A stretch of DNA of 64,000 nt from Candidatus Hydrogenedentota bacterium (GTDB taxonomy: Bacteria; Hydrogenedentota; Hydrogenedentia; Hydrogenedentales; SLHB01): the NCBI GenBank assembly GCA_963745075.1, contig CAVUWV010000024.1:32001-96000 (forward strand), read 5' to 3'. The stretch's first letter is position 1. Every line of letters starts with the position of its first letter. Both the position numbers and the translations under genes were made by a program. The notes beneath the pieces were generated by a model that worked only from the letters and a program-made list of their open reading frames with translations, ran no database searches and was not told where the DNA came from. Of this stretch, positions 1 to 9,204 are shown piece by piece.

Positions 1-801
1 AGCCGCGACGTACTTCCTGGTGTCGGTCTTTCCAGAGGTCTCGGCCACGAGTTGCGCGGCAAGCCCGCGCAGCATGGGATCGTCGCCGGCCAGCGCGTCG
101 ATGTTGCGCTTTGCGGCGGCACGTGGCTTGGCGTATGCGAGCCCGTGGAACGCGCCGAGGCGCGCATGCAACGTCCAGTTCGATTTCAGCAGCGCGGTGT
201 CGATTTTTGCTGCGGCGTTGCCATTGCCCGATTCCGTAAGCTTCGTGGCCGCGGCGAGCAGTCCGTCCACAATCGCATTTTGGAGAACAGTGTCTGCGTT
301 CTTTCCGGATTTGAATAGCGCCATCACCGCGTCGTCCGTACCGATGCGTCCCAGCGCACCGGCCGCGGCTTGAGCCGTTGCGGCGTCCGCGTCTTTGAGC
401 AGTGGAATCAACAGCGGGACGGCCTGATCATCCTCGCGCTCGCCCAAGCTGATCACGATCCCCGTCCGGGCGCCTCCTGAAGTCTTGGGCAGCGCATCGC
501 GCAGGGCCTGATCAACTTCGGGAAACGGCATCGGTTCCAGTGCGTTGCGCGCGATATGCGAAAGCGTCTCATCGGTCAGCAACGCCGCGAGCGCCGGAAT
601 CGACTGCTGCGTACCAACGTGGCGCAGTTCACGGCATGCTTCCTGTTTCGCCATCCAATCGGCATTACTTTGGAGAATACCGATCAATTCCGCCTCGGGG
701 CGCGGGTTATCTTCGTTTGCGAATACCGCTAACGAGCCCAGCGTCATCGTCGCTAAGAGGGCTGCCGCGAAGAGGCGCGTCAATTTCATTCTATCGTTCA
801 T
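1..801 (-). CDS. Secreted HEAT-repeat protein (partial, runs off the window start)
   Basis: Manual translation from ATG 801: MNDRMKLTRLFAAALLATMTLGSLAVFA signal peptide, then KQEACRELRHVGTQQSIPALAALL and AQAAAGALGRIG HEAT-like repeats. RBS GAAAGG. Missing from the ORF track because it has no stop inside the window. Confidence 0.8.
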   Translation of the reverse strand, partial: MNDRMKLTRLFAAALLATMTLGSLAVFANEDNPRPEAELIGILQSNADWMAKQEACRELRHVGTQQSIPALAALLTDETLSHIARNALEPMPFPEVDQALRDALPKTSGGARTGIVISLGEREDDQAVPLLIPLLKDADAATAQAAAGALGRIGTDDAVMALFKSGKNADTVLQNAIVDGLLAAATKLTESGNGNAAAKIDTALLKSNWTLHARLGAFHGLAYAKPRAAAKRNIDALAGDDPMLRGLAAQLVAETSGKTDTRKYVAA

Positions 802-862
802 GGCTTTTTGCCTTTCTCAACTAGTCACCGTTCGATGTCATGCCAAATCGAGTTCACTAAAG

Positions 863-2146
863 CTACCGGTACCACGGATCGCGGTATGCGCGGTCCCGAA
901 GCCGGTTCGCCTCCTCGTCGCCGATGCATTCCTCCTTGACGGGATCCCACTTGATGGGGCGTCCCAACCGCTTGACGAAATTCGCCAAGTGGCACGTGGA
1001 GATTGACCGGTGTGCCGTTTCCGCATTCGAGATCGTTTGCTTGCGCGACTTGACGCAATCGAGAAAAGCCCGGACGTGGTTGTCCGGTGGGTAACCGCCC
1101 TCAAAGCCCCGGTTACCAAGCAGCGATTTCGGATAAGTTTCAATTTGACCCGAGTCGCCGACCTCGACCCAGCCTTCCGTCCCTTCGAAGCGGACCGGGC
1201 AGGTGCCGAATCGCAGGCCCCGGCGAATGACGATCTTCGTGCCGCTGGGATACTGGCAGATGTAGCGATCGCCTTCCTTCCAGTATTCCGTGGGGCTGGT
1301 GTCATCCATGCCAGCGGCCCACTGGCACAGGTCCACGGTATGACTGCCCCATTCCGTAATGGCGGCGCCGCTGAAGTCGATGTGGTTGCTCCAGAACCCG
1401 CGCGTCGCGTATTTGGCATTGTACGGGCGCCAGGCCGCCGGTCCGAGCCACAAGTTGAAATCGAATTCTTCGCGCGGCGGCAGGGGTTCTTCCGGCAGGG
1501 TCTCGTAGTTGAAATCTTCCATGCCGGGCGCTTCTTCGGCTTGGAGTTCTTTCAGTTCACCGAGCTTGCCGCTTTGGGCGAGTTCCGCTGCCACCTTGAA
1601 ATGGGCGATGCTGCGGCGTTGCGTGCCGCATTGGAAGATGGTGCCCAAACGCTTCATCGTGTCCGACACCGCGCGCGATTCCTTGATCACCACGCTCATG
1701 GGCTTTTCGCAATACATATCTTTGCCCGCACGCGCCGCCAGCATGGAGACCATCGAGTGGTTGTTGTCACCCGTGGCGATGAGCACCGCGTCGATGTCAT
1801 CCCGCGCGAGAATGTCGCGGAAGTCCATATAGGTTTTGCAATCGGTGTTGCCGTAGTCCGCGTCCACTTCGCCCTTGCCAACCTCGCGCTTGTCCTTGTA
1901 GGCGTCGCACACGGCCACGACGTGCGCATCCGGCTGGGCCCGGAACGCGCGCATCACCGTGCGTCCGCGGCCGCCAAGACCGATCACGCCGACCGTAATG
2001 CGTTCGCTCGCGGCGACGTTCCCTTCAGCGCCCAGCGCGGCGGACGTGATGATGTTCGGCATGGCGACAAGCCCGCCCGCGGCCAGCGACGCTCGTTTCA
2101 TGAATTGCCGTCGGCTCCAGCGCCTTTTCGTTTCAGATTTATCCAC
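863..2146 (-). CDS. Tat-exported Gfo/Idh/MocA family oxidoreductase
   Basis: SRRQFMK Tat motif, GVIGLGGRG Rossmann motif, YCEKP, WGSHTVD. GTG start at 2146 after GAGGGAG. Confidence 0.9.
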   Translation of the reverse strand: MDKSETKRRWSRRQFMKRASLAAGGLVAMPNIITSAALGAEGNVAASERITVGVIGLGGRGRTVMRAFRAQPDAHVVAVCDAYKDKREVGKGEVDADYGNTDCKTYMDFRDILARDDIDAVLIATGDNNHSMVSMLAARAGKDMYCEKPMSVVIKESRAVSDTMKRLGTIFQCGTQRRSIAHFKVAAELAQSGKLGELKELQAEEAPGMEDFNYETLPEEPLPPREEFDFNLWLGPAAWRPYNAKYATRGFWSNHIDFSGAAITEWGSHTVDLCQWAAGMDDTSPTEYWKEGDRYICQYPSGTKIVIRRGLRFGTCPVRFEGTEGWVEVGDSGQIETYPKSLLGNRGFEGGYPPDNHVRAFLDCVKSRKQTISNAETAHRSISTCHLANFVKRLGRPIKWDPVKEECIGDEEANRLRDRAYRDPWYR

Positions 2147-2320
2147 GATATGCTCCCTCATCATGTATCGGCGGAGATTCAGCGAGCGTTCGACTCGTTC
2201 GCCCACGGCCGCCACGTTCTTGGATCTACCCATTGGGTGTGTGAAAACAGCCGGCCCTTCGCACCAAGGGTCTTGAGAGTTTTACTCCCCGAGGGCTGGT
2301 TCGATCAAGAAGACGCCGAA

Positions 2321-2357
2321 TCCGATCGGACGGATCCGTCCGATCCGACCGATCGGA
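2321..2357. repeat. 9-bp-periodic GATC repeat containing a 22-bp perfect palindrome
   Basis: GATC at 2324, 2333, 2342 and 2351. 2324-2345 (GATCGGACGGATCCGTCCGATC) is its own reverse complement. Confidence 0.8.
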
Positions 2358-2390
2358 TGGCGGGCGACACAAAGTCTCGCGCGAAGTAGT

Positions 2391-2429
2391 TTCGGCTTTC
2401 AAACAGGGGTTGTGCTACACTCCCGCCTC
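2391..2429 (+). promoter_or_regulatory. Putative extended -10 promoter of array copy 1
   Basis: TTGTGCTACACTCCCGCCTC begins 46 bp before the ATG. The same motif precedes copies 2 and 3. Confidence 0.6.
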
Positions 2430-2455
2430 GAACGTTCTTGTCGGGGGTACACCGT

Positions 2456-3532
2456 ATGGACTCTTCCACGGAGACCAAATCACTGCACGAACGCTACGAC
2501 TGGCTGGACCAAGCGCGTGGCTTGATCGTGCTGCTATTGCTGGTCTCCATGCCGACGTCGCAGTATGCCGGCAATCTTCTAAAAGGCGACCCGCCACTCG
2601 GACCACCGATGTTGAACCACGGGTACGAGTATTTCTATGGGTATCCCACGATCATCACCTTCATCGATGTGGGGCAATGTTTGTTCATGTTCGTGCTCGG
2701 ATTCGTCGGGTACATGGCATTTACCAGCCGCCGGCGGAAGCGGGGTGGGCGTAGCGCGTTTTGGTACGCCGTCCGCCGGGTCGGCATTCTGTATGCCCTC
2801 TCGTTTACTGATGCTATCCTGCTGAATTACCTGGCCTCTGGCAAGCCAAAGTGGGACGATTTTTTCTACAACGGGGTCTTCGCGCTCATAGCCATAGGCT
2901 CGTTGGCGGCGTTTTTGAGTATGGCCTTTTGCCGCGATGCGGACCGGCGCTTTGGCATAGCCGTCGCGCTGACCATGCTGCACACGCTCCTTTATGCATT
3001 TCCCCTTTTCAATGAGCACACGCGGTTCGACGACGTGCTCGCATTGCCCCGATTCCCCTATGGCGCCTTGGGGCTCGCGAGCATGACGATTGCGGGAACG
3101 TGCTTCGGTCAGTGGTACAAAATGGTGCCGGATGATCCCCTGGTGGGGTTCCGAAAGCGTATCGTGCCCGTTTCGACGGCGGCCTTTGTCGCCGCATACT
3201 GCGTGGACTGGGTGCAACCCGCTCATCATCAAGACACCAATGCCGCGCTGCAATTGATCGCGTTGTACATGGGCGGATTCATGCTGATGATTTTCTTTGC
3301 TTTTGGACGCGCCGGATTCCGGTTTCCGCTGCTCAGCAGTCTTGGAAAGAACTTGCTCTTGATCTTTTTGGTGGGCGGGTTGTTCAACAGCATCTACCTG
3401 AATCTCATGCCCAAATCCTTTCTACTGCAGTCGCCCTATCTCGCGCTGCTCTTTGGCGGGGTCGTGCCGGTCGCGTTGTTCGCGTGGCTTGCCGTGGTTC
3501 TGGACAAGCGCGGCATCATGGTGCGCGCATGA
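2456..3532 (+). CDS. Polytopic membrane protein, heparan-alpha-glucosaminide N-acetyltransferase-like (DUF5009/DUF1624 type), copy 1
   Basis: RYDWLDQARG resembles the family RxxxLDxxRG motif. LNHG His, TFIDxGQxxFxFVLG, many hydrophobic helices; 358 aa. Confidence 0.7.
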   Translation: MDSSTETKSLHERYDWLDQARGLIVLLLLVSMPTSQYAGNLLKGDPPLGPPMLNHGYEYFYGYPTIITFIDVGQCLFMFVLGFVGYMAFTSRRRKRGGRSAFWYAVRRVGILYALSFTDAILLNYLASGKPKWDDFFYNGVFALIAIGSLAAFLSMAFCRDADRRFGIAVALTMLHTLLYAFPLFNEHTRFDDVLALPRFPYGALGLASMTIAGTCFGQWYKMVPDDPLVGFRKRIVPVSTAAFVAAYCVDWVQPAHHQDTNAALQLIALYMGGFMLMIFFAFGRAGFRFPLLSSLGKNLLLIFLVGGLFNSIYLNLMPKSFLLQSPYLALLFGGVVPVALFAWLAVVLDKRGIMVRA

Positions 3533-3547
3533 CGGAGGAGCGGAGAC

Positions 3548-3586
3548 TTCAAATGGCGGGTACTGCTTGTGCTACACTACCGCCTC
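3548..3586 (+). promoter_or_regulatory. Putative extended -10 promoter of array copy 2
   Basis: TTGTGCTACACTACCGCCTC at 3567-3586, beginning 49 bp before the ATG. Confidence 0.6.
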
Positions 3587-3615
3587 AGGCGAAGTGATGA
3601 GTATGGGGGTAGCGT

Positions 3616-4692
3616 ATGGATTCTTCCACGGAAAAGAAGCCATTACACAAACGGTACGACTGGCTGGACCAGGCGCGCGGATTGATCGTACTGCTGTTGC
3701 TGGCCTCGATGCCCACCTCGCAGTATGAGGGTTCTCTGCTGAAAGGCGATCGGCCGCTCGGGCCACCCATGCTGAACCATGGGTTCTCCTATTACGACGG
3801 CTACCCGTCAATCATCACCTTCATTGATGTGGGACAATCCATCTTTCTGTTCGTGCTCGGTTTCGTCGGTTACATCGCGTTTACCAGCCGTTGGCGAAAG
3901 CGGGGCGGTTGGAGCGCATTCGGATACGCTGCGCGGCGTGTTGGCATTCTGTACGTGCTGTCGTTTATCGATGCCATTTTCCTCAGCTACGTCTTTTCGG
4001 GCGTGAGCCATTGGGACGACTGCATCTACGACGGCACCTTCGCGCTCATCGCGATCGGCTCTTTCGCAGCGTTTTTGAGCATCGCCCTGTGCGCGGATGC
4101 GGACCGGCGCTTCGGCATTGCTGTCGGCTTGCTGATGCTGCACGCACTGCTCTATGCCTTTCCCGTTTTTGATGAATACACCTGGTCCGACAACGTGCTC
4201 GGGTTACCCCAATTTCCCTTTGCGGCTCTGGGACTGTCGACCATGGCGATTGCGGGTACCTGTTTCGGTCAGTGGCTCATGATGGATCCCGATGATCCCC
4301 TGGTGGGGTTTCGCAAACGGATCGTTCCCATATCGACGGCGGCCTTTGTTGCGGCCTACTGTGTGGACTGGATTCAACCGGCCGAACATCACCGGACCAA
4401 TGCCGCACTGCAATTGATTTCGTTGTACATGGCCGGGTTCATGCTGATGATCTTTTTCTCATTCGGCCGCGTCGGGTTCCGGTTTCCGCTGCTCAGCAGT
4501 ATGGGAAAGAACTTGTTGCTCCTCTTCGCGGTGGGCGGGCTTTTCAACAACATCTACTTGGGCCTTGTCCCCAAATCCTTGCTGCTCCAGTCGCCCTATC
4601 TCGCGCTGGTCCTCGGGGCGATCGCACCGGTCGCGATATGCGCCTGGGCTGCCGTGATCCTATACAAACGCGGCATCATGGTGCGCGCATGA
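3616..4692 (+). CDS. Membrane acyltransferase-like protein, copy 2
   Basis: Colinear 358-aa paralog of 2456-3532. Confidence 0.7.
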   Translation: MDSSTEKKPLHKRYDWLDQARGLIVLLLLASMPTSQYEGSLLKGDRPLGPPMLNHGFSYYDGYPSIITFIDVGQSIFLFVLGFVGYIAFTSRWRKRGGWSAFGYAARRVGILYVLSFIDAIFLSYVFSGVSHWDDCIYDGTFALIAIGSFAAFLSIALCADADRRFGIAVGLLMLHALLYAFPVFDEYTWSDNVLGLPQFPFAALGLSTMAIAGTCFGQWLMMDPDDPLVGFRKRIVPISTAAFVAAYCVDWIQPAEHHRTNAALQLISLYMAGFMLMIFFSFGRVGFRFPLLSSMGKNLLLLFAVGGLFNNIYLGLVPKSLLLQSPYLALVLGAIAPVAICAWAAVILYKRGIMVRA

Positions 4693-5402
4693 GCAAGGAG
4701 CGCAAATCGGTACGCAAGCGCACGGTCGCGCTGGCCATCGGTGCGGCGCTGTATCTCTTTGTTCTTCACATCGGATTGGAGCAGCGCAAAGCCGCCACGG
4801 AGCGCGCCGCGGACGGGAACCGGACCATCGCCGTTTCCCGCATCGCTGGAGCCTACGCCCACAATAACGAGGGCGAATTTCCACCCCTCGATCCGGCACG
4901 CCGTTTTTCCTATGCCCCAAGCGAAGTTTCGCTGGCCTATGAGATAGCCAAGGATCCGGAAGACGAGAACGCGTTCGTGCCGGTCTATTCCATGATCGTC
5001 GGCGACTTGGGGCATGACAGCGTATTCGGATTAGAGCCCGTTTGGGATCCCGCGAAATTCTGGTACCTTGGCTTCGCCACGACCAACGAACGGGAAGGCC
5101 TCGCGCTCGCCAACGCGGTGCACGGTAGTGCGCCGCTTACGGACGACATTCAGGTCCCGAAGGGGGAGGGTACCTTGGGGACCGCGAAACTCTACCGGCT
5201 TCACATGTATCTGCTCAAAACACTCGTGGGCGACGGCGTCCTCACTGAGGAGGACCCCGCAGTCCGTTACCGAATTCCCATTCTCATTCAACGGCCTGTA
5301 GATGGCCATGCCTGGGTTGTCTACCTCGACTTCCACACCGAATACCTGCCCTATCCCGGCCCGTATCCGCTTACCGAAAAATTTATCCAAGCGCTCGACT
5401 AG
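4689..5402 (+). CDS. Single-pass membrane protein, degenerate DUF1559/H-X9-DG-CTERM-like, partner A
   Basis: ATGA overlap with the upstream stop. Basic N-terminus plus TM helix, YAHNNEGEFPPL, C-terminal IPILIQRP..HAWVVYLDFHTEYLPYPGPYPLTE. Confidence 0.6.
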   Translation: MSKERKSVRKRTVALAIGAALYLFVLHIGLEQRKAATERAADGNRTIAVSRIAGAYAHNNEGEFPPLDPARRFSYAPSEVSLAYEIAKDPEDENAFVPVYSMIVGDLGHDSVFGLEPVWDPAKFWYLGFATTNEREGLALANAVHGSAPLTDDIQVPKGEGTLGTAKLYRLHMYLLKTLVGDGVLTEEDPAVRYRIPILIQRPVDGHAWVVYLDFHTEYLPYPGPYPLTEKFIQALD

Positions 5403-5461
5403 CCGTGGTTACGAATCCTATTGGACGACTGGAATCAACGCCCTTTCGGGCGGCGTGGTGC

Positions 5462-5500
5462 TTCGGATTTCGCGCTCAGATTGTGCTACACTCCCGCCCC
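5462..5500 (+). promoter_or_regulatory. Putative extended -10 promoter of array copy 3
   Basis: TTGTGCTACACTCCCGCCCC at 5481-5500, beginning 46 bp before the ATG. Confidence 0.6.
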
Positions 5501-5526
5501 GGAAGTATCGGCCCGGGGTGTACTGC

Positions 5527-6603
5527 ATGAAATCTTCCACCGAGATCAAACCACTGCACGAACGCTACGACTGGCTGGATCAGGCCCGAGGTTTGATCGC
5601 GCTGCTGTTGCTGGTTTCCATGCCGACATCGGAATACTCCGGCGATTTTCTAAAGGGGGATCCGCCGGTCGGACCGCCGATGCTCAATCACGGATTCGAG
5701 TTCCTCCGCGAGTACCCGCCGATGATCACCTTCATTGACGTCGGGCAGGCCCTGTTCTTGTTCGTGCTCGGTTTCGTCGGGTACACGGCGTTCACGAGCC
5801 GGTGGAGGAAGCGGGGTGGGCGGAGTGCGTTCTGGTACGCCGCGCGTCGGGTCGGCATTTTGTATGCCCTTTCGTTCTTTTTTTCCGTCGCGCTCCGCTA
5901 TCTGCGTGGCGGTCGAGCGGATTGGGACAATTTCTTCTACAACAGCCCCTTCGCATTGATTGCGATCGGCTCCTTTGCGGCGTTTTTAAGCATTGCTCTT
6001 TGCGCTGACGCGGACCGGCGGTTTGGGATTGCGGTTGGACTGACAATGCTCCATGGGCTGCTCTGCGCGTTCCCCGTTCTTGACGGGTACACCTGGTTGG
6101 ACGACGTGTTCCGGTTTCCCGAGTTCCCGTTTGGCGCCTTGGGGCTGTCGAGCATGGCGATTGCCGGGACCTGCTTCGGTCAGTGGTACAAAATGGACCC
6201 CGATGACCCCATGGTGGGGATTCGAACACGAATGGTACCCGTTTCAACCGCAGCCTTTGTCGCGGCCTACTGCGTGGATTGGATTCAACCCGCCGAACAT
6301 CATGAGGTTAACGCCGCGCTGCAGTTGATCGCATTGTACATGGGCGGATTCATGCTGCTGATCTTCTTTGCCTTCGGCCGGGTCGGAATCCGGTTTCCCC
6401 TGCTCAGCAGTCTTGGGAAAAACCTGCTCCTTATTTTCGCACTGGGCGGATTGTTCAACAGTTTCTATCTGCCGCTGATCCCCAAGGCGTTCCTGTTGGA
6501 ATGGCCGTATCTTGGGCTGGTTCTGGGTGGGATCGTCCCGGTCGCCTTGTTTGTGTGGTTTGCGGTGATCCTCGATAAGCGCGGCATCATGGTGCGCGCA
6601 TGA
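5527..6603 (+). CDS. Membrane acyltransferase-like protein, copy 3
   Basis: Start MKSSTEIK set by alignment to the paralogs; 358 aa. Confidence 0.7.
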   Translation: MKSSTEIKPLHERYDWLDQARGLIALLLLVSMPTSEYSGDFLKGDPPVGPPMLNHGFEFLREYPPMITFIDVGQALFLFVLGFVGYTAFTSRWRKRGGRSAFWYAARRVGILYALSFFFSVALRYLRGGRADWDNFFYNSPFALIAIGSFAAFLSIALCADADRRFGIAVGLTMLHGLLCAFPVLDGYTWLDDVFRFPEFPFGALGLSSMAIAGTCFGQWYKMDPDDPMVGIRTRMVPVSTAAFVAAYCVDWIQPAEHHEVNAALQLIALYMGGFMLLIFFAFGRVGIRFPLLSSLGKNLLLIFALGGLFNSFYLPLIPKAFLLEWPYLGLVLGGIVPVALFVWFAVILDKRGIMVRA

Positions 6604-7301
6604 GTACGAAACGCAAACGCAAGCTGCTCCTGGTGATCGTGGCGGGGTTGTATCTCCTGGTGTTCCGCGTCGGATTGGAACGGCGCCAAACGATGGAACA
6701 ACGTGCCGTTGATGGCAACCACGCCATTTCCGTCTCCCGAATCGCCGGGGTTTACGCGTACAACCACGAGGGCGTTTGGCCGCCACTCGATCCGGCGCGC
6801 CGTTTCGCCTATGCGCCAAGCGCGGTTTCCCTGGCGTACGAGATAGCCAAGCCATCCGAAAACAACGACGAATTCGTGCCGGTTGAAGCGATTATCGACG
6901 GCCGCTTGGGCCGTCACAATTCGTTGAACCTGACACGGGTCTGGAAGCCCGGAGAGTACTACTACCTCGGCTACGCCACCACCTGCGAGCAGGAAGGACT
7001 AGCTCTCGCCGCAGTCGTGCACGGCGACGTTGCACTTACCGAGAACATCCCCGTACGGCAGAAAGAGGGTACCCTCGGTACCGCAAAACTGTACGGGCTT
7101 CACAACGATTTGCTTAAAACGCTTGTGGATGACGGCGTGCTTACCGAAGAAGATCCCGCAGTCCGCCACCGGATTCCCATCCTCATTCAACGGCCCGTAA
7201 ACGGTCACGCCTGGGTCGTCTACCTCGACTTCCAGACTGAATACCTGCCCTATCCCGGTCCGTATCCCCTGACCGAAAACTTCATCCAAGCCCTCGACTA
7301 A
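6600..7301 (+). CDS. Single-pass membrane protein, degenerate DUF1559-like, partner B
   Basis: ATGA overlap. Paralog of 4689-5402 with a near-identical C-terminus. Confidence 0.6.
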   Translation: MSTKRKRKLLLVIVAGLYLLVFRVGLERRQTMEQRAVDGNHAISVSRIAGVYAYNHEGVWPPLDPARRFAYAPSAVSLAYEIAKPSENNDEFVPVEAIIDGRLGRHNSLNLTRVWKPGEYYYLGYATTCEQEGLALAAVVHGDVALTENIPVRQKEGTLGTAKLYGLHNDLLKTLVDDGVLTEEDPAVRHRIPILIQRPVNGHAWVVYLDFQTEYLPYPGPYPLTENFIQALD

Positions 7302-7488
7302 TCCTCTTCCGGAGAACGGTTTTTCAACTCGCCGATGCCAATCGCCGTCCTTCGAAGAGTAGACGGCATGGACGCGATGGACGGTGCGCTAACGATCGTG
7401 GACATTCCAGTATCGTCAGCGGTGTGGCGGTGCCCCAATATATTGATCGAATACGCGGACTTGAAAGCGTATTGCGGCGGGGGTCAAT

Positions 7489-7530
7489 ACGAAGGGACAT
7501 GAAACCCCACAGGGCTGCACGTCCCTTCGT
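7489..7530. terminator. Hairpin between convergent genes, possible terminator
   Basis: ACGAAGGGAC...GTCCCTTCGT perfect 10-bp stem just past the stop at 7545. No clear U-tract. Confidence 0.35.
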
Positions 7531-7544
7531 CGTAGCTTGAAGTT

Positions 7545-8942
<1,398 letters not shown>

Positions 8943-9204
8943 GATGCTGACATCCTTTCCACGTTGGAACGTGATTCACTCTCGACAGTATTACCTCAGT
9001 CTAACGGACGCAGAGGAAAACATACAAGGAGAGGTGACAGGAGAGGTGAGAGGCTGGAGTCCGAAGGCGGGAGGGAAGGAATTTCGTATTTTGATCAGCA
9101 CAGTTCACCGCGCCGACGCAGATTACAGTGGACACGGCAGTGCCCCCAGGTGTAGCCTTAACCCAGAACGTGTGAATCAATCCTTCGGGGGAAGGGATGT
9201 AGTT

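Noticed and set aside
2410..7301. Diversity-generating retroelement or CRISPR explanation for the repeats
   Set aside because: No reverse transcriptase or cas genes. The differences are not adenine-specific and the repeats are whole genes.
9027..9078. AGGAGAGGTGAC/AGGAGAGGTGAG direct repeat in a divergent intergenic region
   Set aside because: Only two short purine-rich copies; cannot be distinguished from low complexity.
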